A stretch of DNA of 37,562 nucleotides from a virus (Duplodnaviria > Caudoviricetes), in the IMG/VR virus record IMGVR_UViG_3300005934_000011, positions 1 through 37,562 of that record; one strand, written 5' to 3'. The translations under genes were made by a program, and so were the position numbers. The notes beneath the pieces were generated by a model that saw nothing but the letters and a program-made list of their open reading frames with translations, was not told where the DNA came from and searched no databases. This document shows positions 17,701 to 29,400 of this stretch, one piece after another. Within the stretch, counting starts at the first letter, position 1; each line of letters opens with the position of its first letter.

Positions 17701-18684
17701 TTAAAGTTCAGAAATATGAGAAAATGTTGGGCCTGGGCCAGCTGGATCTACCACAACCCCTAGACCTGATGGGTCTGTGTCGTTAGCATATTGAATGTCT
17801 ACTTGTGCAGTTAGTGTTCCTGCTACGTAGTCTTGTCCTGTCCACGGTACCCCGCCATAAAATCCAGTATCAGCGGTATGAGTATCATAGAAATCAAGTC
17901 TAAAATCAATAGCATTGGTACCATTTAATCTAGCAAGTATTTCATATTTGTTATTTCCGTAGTAATTTGTATAGCCACCATCGCCTCCACTCTTTTCATA
18001 GATTTTACTGTAAGTAGTTGTTAGTCCAGTAAATCCACTTCCAGGAGTACCTGTGCTACCTGTAACTTCTGTTATGTTATGACTAAATTTAATCATACCA
18101 ACGGCAGTTAACAATGCTTCCCAATCTAAACTTTGGGAATCGGTGCCACTGGCAGTAAAATTAGTATCTAGTCTGATTTCTCCGCCTGAGTTAAAGAAAT
18201 GTCTTCTTGAATCCTCGTCAACGAAAATAGCAGATACTTCATACGTCACTTGACTATCCCAAACATCGCCTGTTTGTGTAGGTGCTACATATGTCTTTGA
18301 AGATGATATTACATTTTGTGCAACTGTCATCATTGCAATGTCATAATTTAACTTGTTTGAACGTACATTGGTGATATCAGTAGTTAAATTAGGGATTAGT
18401 TCTATAAGGTTACCTGCAGATGGAAAACCAGGGTCACTAGTATCTTCTGGTGAAAGAATAGTAGTGCCCTGATGTCTTCCTGCAAATTTTAAAGCAGTTA
18501 GGAGTAACTGCATATGTGTCGCATTAATTTTAACGCCAGAGACAACATGTGGAATTACTAAATGAGATTGGCCATAGCCTGAGTCACCAGCCCCGATTCC
18601 AACAATTTCGTTTATATCATCTGCGAAACCGTTATAATCGATTGCTCGTACTTTACCTCCTAAATAGTAACTCTGTGGTGCCAT
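17701..18684 (-). CDS. Putative virion structural (tail/baseplate-associated) protein
   Basis: Gly/Thr/Ser-rich, lies in the structural module, and is a paralog of 18716-19621 (GxGxxGYxQ, FxxGGEIR, QxxxWExL, WTGxDxVxGT). Confidence 0.6.
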   Translation of the reverse strand: MAPQSYYLGGKVRAIDYNGFADDINEIVGIGAGDSGYGQSHLVIPHVVSGVKINATHMQLLLTALKFAGRHQGTTILSPEDTSDPGFPSAGNLIELIPNLTTDITNVRSNKLNYDIAMMTVAQNVISSSKTYVAPTQTGDVWDSQVTYEVSAIFVDEDSRRHFFNSGGEIRLDTNFTASGTDSQSLDWEALLTAVGMIKFSHNITEVTGSTGTPGSGFTGLTTTYSKIYEKSGGDGGYTNYYGNNKYEILARLNGTNAIDFRLDFYDTHTADTGFYGGVPWTGQDYVAGTLTAQVDIQYANDTDPSGLGVVVDPAGPGPTFSHISEL

Positions 18685-18715
18685 TGTTTATATCCTCGTG
18701 TCATAACAGTAAATA

Positions 18716-19621
18716 TTATAAACTATCTGTTACTGCAAATGTAGGATTTGTAATGTTAACGGAACCGGATGAGTTTGATAATTTCAGTGATGAAACGTTC
18801 ACTGTTGTAGTTCCAGGAACTGTATCAGCACCTGTCCAAGACCATGGGCCTCCATATCCTGAACCAGAACCAGAACGTGCCACGTGTGCATCATTTAATG
18901 TAATCTTTACATAAATGTCAACACCATTTTTATATGCTTCAATAGATGCATAGTTAGTACTATAATCTGAGTCGTCTGCAAATTCTTTTTTGATTTCTAC
19001 ATAAGAAGTAGTCAAGTCTGTATACTTTTTACGTTCAGAATCTGCCGCAGTTGTTGTATCTGTGTCTCTTAATGAAATTCTATAAGTACCCATTTCTGTT
19101 GTTAGCTGTTCCCAAGATGTACCTTGTTGGTCGTTAGATGAATCATCGTGTGACATTGATACACGAATTTCTCCACCAGCAGAAAACCATGCATTCATGT
19201 CTGCTTCTGAACCAAACGTAACTTTAGTTACTGTATCATGTGAACCGTTCCAGTTAGAAACTGTTTCAGTTGTTTCAGTTGCAGTTGTCATATCCCAACC
19301 AGAAGAATAATCCCATGGATTATTAAATCTAGTGTCTAAACTTGAATTTAATGTTGACGCATGATTGTAATACTGATTGTCATCAATGATGTCACCAGCG
19401 TTAACCGCCGTCAATGGGTTTGTAATGTTATAATAATTTGTGACCTTCGCCGCCGCAGAGAATAATGAATCTTGATATGCATCATCAATTAAGTCGCCTG
19501 CCGCAGGATTGGCCTGAACCGAGTGTGACTGATTATAGCCACCGCCAACACCCGTACCATTTAGAATGGTATTTAATGTGTCTCTAAGTGTACTTAAGTC
19601 ACTGTTTGATATCACCGCCAT
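18716..19621 (-). CDS. Putative virion structural (tail/baseplate-associated) protein
   Basis: Ser/Thr/Asn/Asp-rich, AGGAG RBS, paralog of 17701-18684. Confidence 0.6.
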   Translation of the reverse strand: MAVISNSDLSTLRDTLNTILNGTGVGGGYNQSHSVQANPAAGDLIDDAYQDSLFSAAAKVTNYYNITNPLTAVNAGDIIDDNQYYNHASTLNSSLDTRFNNPWDYSSGWDMTTATETTETVSNWNGSHDTVTKVTFGSEADMNAWFSAGGEIRVSMSHDDSSNDQQGTSWEQLTTEMGTYRISLRDTDTTTAADSERKKYTDLTTSYVEIKKEFADDSDYSTNYASIEAYKNGVDIYVKITLNDAHVARSGSGSGYGGPWSWTGADTVPGTTTVNVSSLKLSNSSGSVNITNPTFAVTDSL

Positions 19622-19691
19622 GTTTTTACTCCTAAATTTGACTAGTCAATTTTAAATTTTTTAATAACTAAAAAGTATTCCGGATATCCTT

Positions 19692-20378
19692 TTAGCTAAG
19701 TTGAATAGTAATAGTGTAATCTATTACAATAGTCCTATTCGCTGATAATAACACAGGATGAAAAGTCACATGTGTTAGCATCAAAGTTTTTGTTTCATCC
19801 AATCCTGTAGGTGTACTCACACCTGCAAGAAGTCCAATTTCATCAAAAGTAAAAGCAGTGACACTATTAGCATCAGTAGAACTATCTGTTTCCGGTGTAC
19901 TCACAGTCGGATCAGATTGTTGTTGCATAGTCTCATAATCATCATGCGACATTTCAACCTTAAAATTTACTTTAGATGTATTTTCAGGTATCGTCACAGA
20001 ATTTGCATCATTTGGATCCACCTTCTGTCCAGGAGCAAACACTGTAGCTACTACCTGTTGTTGATACGTTTTTGAATACAATGTTGAATTACTGGATGTA
20101 ATTGGTAATTCATCATATGTTGTGAAAACTCTTGGAGAACGGTAAGACAGTGTAGTAGTGGAACTACTTCCTCCGTTACCAAACGCCATCCAATTGATAT
20201 ATGGGGCATCGCCTGTACTGTTCACGCTTGTTGGTTTACCACCAAGTGCAGAAGCCAGAACATACGCCATATTTCCTGGATGAATCGCATTTTTCTTGTC
20301 TACAAGCACGGTTCCAGTCTCTTTATCTGAGATTTTGAGTGTACCGATAGCTTGTACGTTAATTTTATCTTTAAACAT
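19692..20378 (-). CDS. Putative baseplate/tail-collar structural protein
   Basis: KKNAIH, MAFGNGG, FTFDEIGL and THVTFHPV...RTIVIDYTITI pattern of phage baseplate/collar proteins. Directly follows the giant wedge gene and is preceded by GATAAATA. Confidence 0.6.
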   Translation of the reverse strand: MFKDKINVQAIGTLKISDKETGTVLVDKKNAIHPGNMAYVLASALGGKPTSVNSTGDAPYINWMAFGNGGSSSTTTLSYRSPRVFTTYDELPITSSNSTLYSKTYQQQVVATVFAPGQKVDPNDANSVTIPENTSKVNFKVEMSHDDYETMQQQSDPTVSTPETDSSTDANSVTAFTFDEIGLLAGVSTPTGLDETKTLMLTHVTFHPVLLSANRTIVIDYTITIQLS

Positions 20379-20403
20379 GTTTATCTCTCTTAGTAATCTT
20401 ATC

Positions 20404-20411
20404 TATTTATC
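20404..20411 (-). promoter_or_regulatory. T4-like late promoter motif GATAAATA
   Basis: Intergenic and just upstream of a structural gene; identical to the motif at 34544-34551; resembles the T4 late consensus TATAAATA. Confidence 0.5.
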
Positions 20412-20431
20412 TTATTTCTGTCATACCTCTT

Positions 20432-23400
20432 TTATACCATCTCATGCAGAACAATTTCTAAAGGTGTGCCTAATGCATAGACTTTAGTGGTAGTTCCTGG
20501 CACAGTTCCCATTCCAGTATATAATCCTCTTTCAGAAATAGTTAGATTTACTGTGTCTTTATTGCTATAAGTCATGAACTCAATATCACCTGTAGTTTCA
20601 TTTCTTATTGCAATTAATTTTCGATTTTCATCACTTGCTACAGAGAAAGGTGTCGCACTGTTTACAACTATGGTATCATTCGTCATAGATGCAACTGTTG
20701 TTTCTCCTGTAATGTCTATTTTCCAACCTCTGCCATACATATCATAAACATATAAGAATGTTTTGTCATGTGTAACCTTAGTTGAATCTGTGAACTGGTC
20801 TACAAATACTATAGATGATTCTCTAAAGTCTGCATTTACTAGACCCGTATCAAAACTGTTATCGCTCTTACCATCTGATAATGTGTATCTTGTTCTTAGT
20901 AATCTTCCTTGTTCATATGTACCATCTTCTAATTCTGGATGTTCAGATTCAGCCCAACTGCCGCCGTCTTTAACGATATCAGCATAACGTAAATTGTTAC
21001 CAAAGTCAAGAGTAAGATGCATATTCTCTACAATAGAAACTCTTGCATCTGCTATTTCTTCTTTGCTATAGTATCTGATAACTTCACGTATTTTTGTGTG
21101 ATAAGGTTTTGCTTCTGTGATATATTCAATTACATCATCATAACTATCACGTTGATAGATTGCATACTTTCTTAAATTTCTATTAAACAGATTTACATCA
21201 ATGTAACTTGTTTTGAACACCCAATCAGGATGTGTCTTTTCTGTATACATGTAATTTATCATGTCAAAGAAAATTCTGTTTATTTCTTTGTCTTCCGTGT
21301 AATCTAACATCAAGTGGAATAGTTCATGAACTTGAACACCAATTGCATTTTCATAATATTTTTTACTTAGTGTTGAGTTATCAGGAAATACTATGTCATT
21401 GAATGAAACATTTAATGCACTCTTAGAACTATTGACTAAACGCAATGTACCTTCATGTTCAAAATAATATTCATCATGTGTTGGTAGTTGTAGTTTAAAT
21501 GATTTTACACCTTGGTCGTTGTATAGTTTTAACATATCAAACGTTCTTGTTTTTGATAGGTAAGAAAATCTCTCAATAGTTTTATATTCATCTGTTAAGT
21601 ACCAATCTTCTAATGATAAGATTAGATTATCTCCTTGAATAAATTCTTTGTATTCAGGATACTTTGCTACAAGATGTCGTTTAGAGAAATGTGCATTCAC
21701 AGATGAAGCAAAGTTTTCTCTAGCAGATTGTAAATCTTTAAACCAATTATTTTGATAATCTGTCATTCTGTATACACGAACAATATCACCTACAATTATA
21801 TTAAACTGTTTGCTAATTCTAACTTGTGCGTTTGCTGGATTACCATCAGTAAAGAACGTTATGTATTGAGCATCAACAATATGATTGTTCACAGTAACTA
21901 CTGTATCGTTCAATGTTGCGTCTCCATATGTAGGACTATCTAAAAACCCTACATTAATTTTTGTAGTATCAGGATCACCTAACATAGATTGTTCTACTGC
22001 CAGTGATACGTAGTCAGTGTATTGAACTCCTGCTAGTGAATCAATAAGAGGTTTTATAATTTCATCATCTGGTCTTTGTGTTGTATACTGTTGTAATAGT
22101 TTCCAGTCTGTATGTTTTTTATCTGTATCTGGTTGTGTATTATATTCAACTGAAACATCTACAGAACTATTATTGAAAACATATGCATTGTTGCTTATAA
22201 TAATTTTATCTACATCTATTGGAATAAATTTATTTTTAATGTTTCCACTTTCAAGTAGCATTTTAGTTTCTTCAATACTTAATGTTTTACCAAACTCTGG
22301 TTCACTGCCTTCTTCGCTCCAGTAAAAATATTCAGTTACGGATCTATTTTTGTCAGTGTCAAAATACACTTTCGTAGTATAAGTTTCAATGCCTTCTGGT
22401 AGTGTTTCACTCTTTGTCCATTTTTTAACATTGATTTCAGAACCAGGAACTAATTTGCCCCAATACTTAGTTGCAAAACTTTCTACAATTCTACCGTTTG
22501 CATCACCATAGTCATTGTATCTATAATATCTTGCTAATGAAGTATCCCACCAAGTTTGTCCAATATATTGGTCTAGCCAAAGTTCTTTAGAAGTATCTTT
22601 GTCATAACCTGCAGGGTCTTCCCATGTAATGTAGTCTAAATTCTTTATAATATCGCCTGGTAGTTTTAAGTTTAGTGGATCAAATAGTTGATAGTTATAA
22701 AACTTCTCACCATCTTTAACAATAACACGCCTTAAATAATCTACCTCTACAGTGTTTGCTTGTCTATTTCTAACTGTAAGTGTTCCTGTTATATCACGAT
22801 ATAGTACACTCCAACCATTACCTAAATAATCGTCAGCCCATATTAGTGCTTCTGCATTAAGACCCAAGTCATTATAGAAACTATCAAAAGTATCAAATAG
22901 ATAAAACTGTGAATATCTTACAGACTTCCAACGCATTGCTTTGAAATTATTATTACTTGTTACCGCAGTATATTCTCTGAATAGCCCAATCTTGTCAAGT
23001 ACAGTTTGTGATGTACCACTAAAACTCATAGATACATTCGAATTAGTGAACACCATTCTGCCATCACTCGTAATACTTACAAGAACATCACTACTTGCTT
23101 GATTGATTTGGTCTTTAAAATCATTGGCACTCACAAGCTGTGTTGATGATGATGAGTTATATGTACCAACACTTATACCGATATCGTTCCATGGGTTTCC
23201 TGAAACGTTTTCTAATACGATACTTGCTTGGTCTGATGTTATAACGATTTGTCTATTTGCATTTAATGTTGCACTTGTTCCTGATAATGTGGATAGTGCT
23301 TCATTGATATTATCTCTAATAGTTGTTGCTGAGTCAACATCAACTGGATTAGTAGCAAAACCTAATCTAGATAAAGCACCGCTAGTTGTTTCTGTAATAT

Positions 23401-26400
23401 CTAAATTATTTGCATTTGAAACTATTTTAATATTTGAACCAATCTTTGATGCTGTTATTCCTGTTATACCACGTGCATTGATTTGTGCAACAATAGATGC
23501 CGCTGTTGGATCTGTAGTAGCATCATATGTTGTTAATAATCCCATAGACGCTCTTGCAGTGCCACCAATTGTTAAGTCATCATTTGTTGTTTCTATTTCT
23601 AGTTGGCTGTTAGCATTTACAAATGCTGTCAAATATGATACTGCATTTATGTCTTGTGCTAGTAGGTTCAATTTACTTTCAATCAATGAAGAACCAGATG
23701 TAAGTAATCCCAAATCAACTAGAATAGACCCTGAAAGATTTAGATAACTTTCAGATGTATCAATTACTAATTGATTAGAACCATTAAGAGATGCAGTAAT
23801 TGGTGCCGCACTTGAATTTATTGTATTAACGATTTCTGTTGTTGTCATTGGTGTAACAACTGGTTGTGCGACTAGTTGAACAGAAATATCTGCTAATCCA
23901 TTTGCATCTACACCATCTTGTATTGCAGAATTAAATGTTATTACTTTTGTGTTTGTGTCATAAGAATAATCACTTGTTGTTAGTGTAGTTGCACCGTCAC
24001 CGTTATCTACTGTAATAGTTCCCGGTAAGAAATTTGTCATATTTGAAGTTAGTGTTACACTAGATACCGGCGTAGATTCTCCTGTAAAGTTTTCTACTGA
24101 ATTACTTCCTGTTACCGGAGCCGCAACTGTAAATGTTATCAAGTTACCATTGACTGATAAAGATTTTGTTGATGTTAATTCAGGGTTAGAAGTACTACCA
24201 ACATGCTGAATGTCTTGTATAGTTACTGTTGCTTGTGCTTCGCCTGTACTATTGAATACTAATGTACCGCCTGTTGGTATTGCATCTGTTTCTGTAGAAC
24301 TTGTTATTGCTTCAATATTTTGTGTTGAACTAAACTGTACCGTAATTGCTTCACCATTAATATTAAATACATCACCATTCACTGATGATACACCTAGTGT
24401 TCCTGACGCTGATGTTCCATCAAATGTGATTAGTGTATTTGTATTAGCAATAAATCCATTTGAATCATAAACAATAATTCTTGCTTGTTCACCTTCGCCA
24501 ATAACTGGATCAACTGTAGCAGTTGTTCCACCTATCACAAGGCCTCCTGTACCACCACCTGAGCCTGGAGTATAAACATGTGACACACCATCGATAACAA
24601 GTTCATCACCTGAATTGAATACTGGATAACTTACTGAACCAATTGCTTCAACGCCTGAGTTTGTTCCTGTTGGGACAAATAAACTATTTGATGATGAGTT
24701 ATCAATCTCTACGATTAGTGGTTCATAGTTTCTTTCAAAAACAAGATATTCATAAACAGTTACACCATCAACATCTCTTGTTCCATTATCAACAAGAAAA
24801 TAGTAATCTGCAACTTCTGGATCAATGTCTGAGTTTTTAATTTTTAGATAAACACTATCTGTAGTATCTATTTGATTTGTTAGACCCACATATAGTTGAT
24901 TATCAGATGTTTCACCTACATAACCTATCTCTGCTACTTCACTTAATCTTCTTACGTCCCATTGTCTTACTGGATCGAATTGAACCCAAGCAGTATCGCC
25001 TTCATTTAGTTCAACTGCATCAATGTTTTCCAAATCATATTCTGTGTTTACCGTATAAACTACATCTTTGCCGTCTACATATCCTGTTGTCTTTAATGGG
25101 TATCCTTTTGTGTTTTCTCTTAACTCAAAAGTATTTTCCATATTATCAAATTGAACTCTATGAGGATCACTAATCATGTCAATAGTATTAACTGATTGTG
25201 TTTCTTTATATCCATTATTTAATTTACCATATTCTGCTAATTTAAATGCCCAGATATGTTCATGACCTATGTCTTTAAAGTTTCCGTTGTTATTTACAAT
25301 TCTATTTACAGCGGAGTTAGTACCTTTATGTGACAAAAAGCCTTTGTAAAATTCTAATTGTGATTCTCTTTCAATCCCATGATTTCTTAGATAATCTTTT
25401 TTAGTATAACCTATTTGACTTGCTTTTAGTTTATTAACTATTTCTAAATTCTGATCCACAAGTGTGTCTCTAAAATATTTTGAGTCACTTGTTAATGTTT
25501 CAAAGTTTGGAATTAGTTCGTCTCCATAAGGAAGATAACCATCAACCGTTAGTGTTCCATCCCAGTTTCTACTTTTATTACAATCAATTTGCATACGTAA
25601 ATTTCTATCATGCAAGAAAGGATCGTAAATCACATCACCAAAGCTATCAACTCTGTCTACAACAAATGCATGTTCAACATCTTGAATATCAATCTTCATT
25701 CCGTATACAGGAACGTTTGCTCTAAAGTTTATAGTTTTGCCGTCTGTAGTAAAAGTAATCTGATTATCAGGGACTAATCTTCCTGACGCATCAACTACAC
25801 GATAAAAGTTTTTGAATGTCTCTCTACGAACTGATGCTACACCATATGGTGCAGTAAAGCTACCTGTAACTAACATTGGAGATAGTGTAATGAATTCGCC
25901 TGGTCCGTGATTTTCTGATGACCATTCTAAAAACTTATACAATAGTTGTTCAAAGTCTACTGTTTGTCCTTGTTCATCTATGTCTGTAAATCCCCAACCG
26001 ATGAATTCTAAATATTTTTGATAACCCAACATTAGATGTGCAACATCATCAATGTTTTCTAAAATTTGACCGTAGTTAAAATTCTTGATTTGGTCTGATT
26101 TAAATTCTTTATAACCATTTGCTGTTACTTTATTTGTTTTTGGCCACTCAACAAGTTTTTTCCAATCTTCAATATTATCATCTAGTAATGTTGTTGAAGT
26201 ATGTTCACGTAAACAAACATAAGGTTGACCTTCATATTTCATGTAACTATCTTTACGATAGAACGCACCTTGTTGCCATTCGTTTAAATTTTCTCTATCA
26301 CCTTTTGTGCTAAATGCTTTTTCACCTGAAACTTTATCCCATTCCATTGCAAAGAATGTAGGATTGATGTCATCATACCCTTGAATTCTATAACCGTATT

Positions 26401-29400
26401 TTCTTGTCTTAGGTTGAGATATCATAGTCCAAGCACTATAATCAAAAGTAATATTACCTGTTTGTTCTGCTTGTGTTTGTCCTGCTTGTTTTCTTCTATA
26501 GTATTTTCCGTCTGCACTGTTCAATACAATATCACCTGGTTGATACCATGAAGTGTCTGCTCTCAGATACACAGGAAATGAATCATCTAATGAAACTTTT
26601 TCAATTATTATTGCACTAAAGAATTCACTTCTGTTAGGTTCACCTGCGTGAATTACTAAATCAAAATTGTCTTTTGGTACATCTGTATATCTGCTATTGT
26701 TCAGTGAAGTGTTTTCTGCTAACAGTCTAAAGTTATTAACAAAGCCACCTAGTTTTGAACCTAGTTTAAAATCATAATTTTGTTTCTTTTGTAAAATGTT
26801 TGTAGTGTTAGCACCTTCTTTTTTATTATGAATTTTAATACCTTCTGTAACTTGGTCTTTGTATTCATGAAAAACTTTGAATGGTTTAGTTAACATCATT
26901 AAAATGAATTCAATAAATGGGTATTCACTTGAACGTCTCCATGCCATTTCTGTCGGAGATCCGTCACCGAACTCCCAATCTTCTTTCATCAATACAACAT
27001 CTGAACTTGTAATACTGTTATTAAAAAATAATTCATTTACTTTTTTCAAATCACCATTGCTATCTACTGGAATAGGTGTGTTTGTAATATTGTAATCAGT
27101 AAACAATGTATTCCAAAAATGATGTGTATTAGAATTTGTTCCGTACTTTAATTTAAAGTCTGCTGGTTCTTGTGAAAGTCCTACAACTTTCCAAGGTTCA
27201 AATAAAGGGTTATCAGTATTATAAGCAAATTGATAAATGCCTCTCCAATGTCCTGGAGAGTCTGCATCTATTGTTCTATAGTTCCATGTCTTCCAATCAT
27301 TTGGATCATAATCTGTGTTGTATAAGTTATCGATATTATTTCTAATCATCCATTTCTTAAAGAAAGGATACATTGTATAATTCTTTTCGTATAGTTCCCA
27401 ATCTGCACTTGAACGACTGTAAGGGCCATAGTTAAATCTATCTACGTTTGTTCTTGTTATGTTATCATCTAAACTATTCCATATTAAAGTTTCAAACATC
27501 AACAAAATGTCATCTGTTCTATCACCAAACTTAGGTGTAATTGAACCATCATGCCCTTGAATAAATTCTACTGCATTTGTGTAGCTTCCATCTAGTACTA
27601 CTCCAGGGATAAACGCTGGATTGATTTTTAAAAATGTTGAACTTGGTGGAATATACGCTTCATCTACACTATCATATTTTCTTAATGATATTGCGTCTGT
27701 GCTTACTAAATCATCAGTAAAGTTTATTTGTTCACCTGACGTAGAAATTGTATAATCTACACCTAGTTTTAAAACCACATCGTTTTTTATAACAGTAAGT
27801 TCTTTATCATTTAAAATTTGACCTAAGTCAGTTGGTATAAATTGTTCTTTTGTTCCTAAAACAATATCTAATGATGCAGTAGAATAGTTAGAGAATATTT
27901 CTCCATAATTTATTTTTAATAAATTGTCAAATATACTAATACTTTGTCTTTTTGATAAACCAATATTTGCTATTGCTTCTTCAAGAATTTCTAAACTAGT
28001 TTTACTGTCACCACCTGGATCACTTAGTATGTCTCTTACTGTTGTAATAAATTTATTTTTATAACCTTGATAAGCTGTAGATAAAAACTCAAAAGACTTA
28101 ATAGGATCATAGTCATCTCTTGATAAAGAGAAGTAGGCATCGCTAACATCAACAGAGTTTATAACCATAACACTGCCTTGGTCGTTATGTCTTGTCTTTA
28201 ATGTGTTATCACCTAATTCTCTGTAATTGTTTACACCATTAGGTTCTCCTGATAACCCAGGTGTAGTTTCTATAATTCTTAAAAAATGTTCATACCAAGT
28301 TGAATATGGTATTTGTGTATTTAAATATGTTTTGTTGTCAACGTTGTATTCTAATGAATGATGCAATCTTTGAAAGCCAGTATCACCGTCAGTTGTTACA
28401 GGGCCATTTGTACAAATATCAACATGTACAAATCCTACCGGATCTGAATTTACATTAAAGGTTATATCATTTCCACTAACTGTGTAGTTGTTTATTTGTT
28501 TTATCCCGTCAATATATACGTCAACTGCATTTGAATTTTTTGGAGTTTGCGATAATGTTAAAACTCTTGTTGCATTTCTACCAAATTCTTTTCTGTAATT
28601 TCTATAATCAAAATCTGATTTTATGTACATATCATTGTGAGTAGTTGTATTGTTTGGTGCAAGTACTACCTTGATATCTAGAGTTTGACCAGTTGGAACA
28701 TCTAATGTTACATTATCATCACTGTTTATAATGTAACCATCTTGTAATACGAGTCCGTTAGAGTCTGGTATGATGGTTAATGCATTGCCTGTAATCGTAT
28801 AATTAGTATTTTTTGTAAGTTGATATAGACCTGTTCCGTTGTCAATAAACACTGCGGCTGGTCCTTGAAAGTTACTCATATTGTTTACTAAATTTATACT
28901 ACTTAAAGGAGTATTTGAATTTTTAATATGTTCAACATAATGAAATTGAGAGTCATCTGGAACATCTGTTTCAAAACAATATTCGCTTGTGTAATCACCT
29001 GACTTAACTACTGGAATAAATCCTAGTTCTTGGTCTGTTTGATATAATTCACTATCACCAACTGTATATGAAAAAATCTTTGCATCTGTTATATATGTAC
29101 CAGATTGGTCATACATTTTAAATTTAGGAAATTCCCATGAACTGATACTTGACATGCTATCAGCTAATTCTATTTTATTATCAAATTCAATAATAGGTCT
29201 TTTTGCTTGTTCTATTAATGTATAGTTGTCATCTGTAATTTTATCTCTGATATCATCATAATGATACCATGAGTTTACAACACTGAACCAGCTAGAACCA
29301 GGTCTCCCTACAGTTACGTAATGTTTGAAATTAGATTGTGTTAATGAGTTATCAGTTACAAAACCTGGCTTGACCCAATAATACATTGACCAGTTAACAA

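Noticed and set aside
23103-23747. 214-aa plus-strand ORF (also 24210-24470, 31402-31689, 18549-18914, 14590-14904 and other short track ORFs)
   Set aside because: Antisense or off-frame shadows of long, motif-bearing genes, with no RBS or recognisable domain; explained by the codon bias of the real genes.
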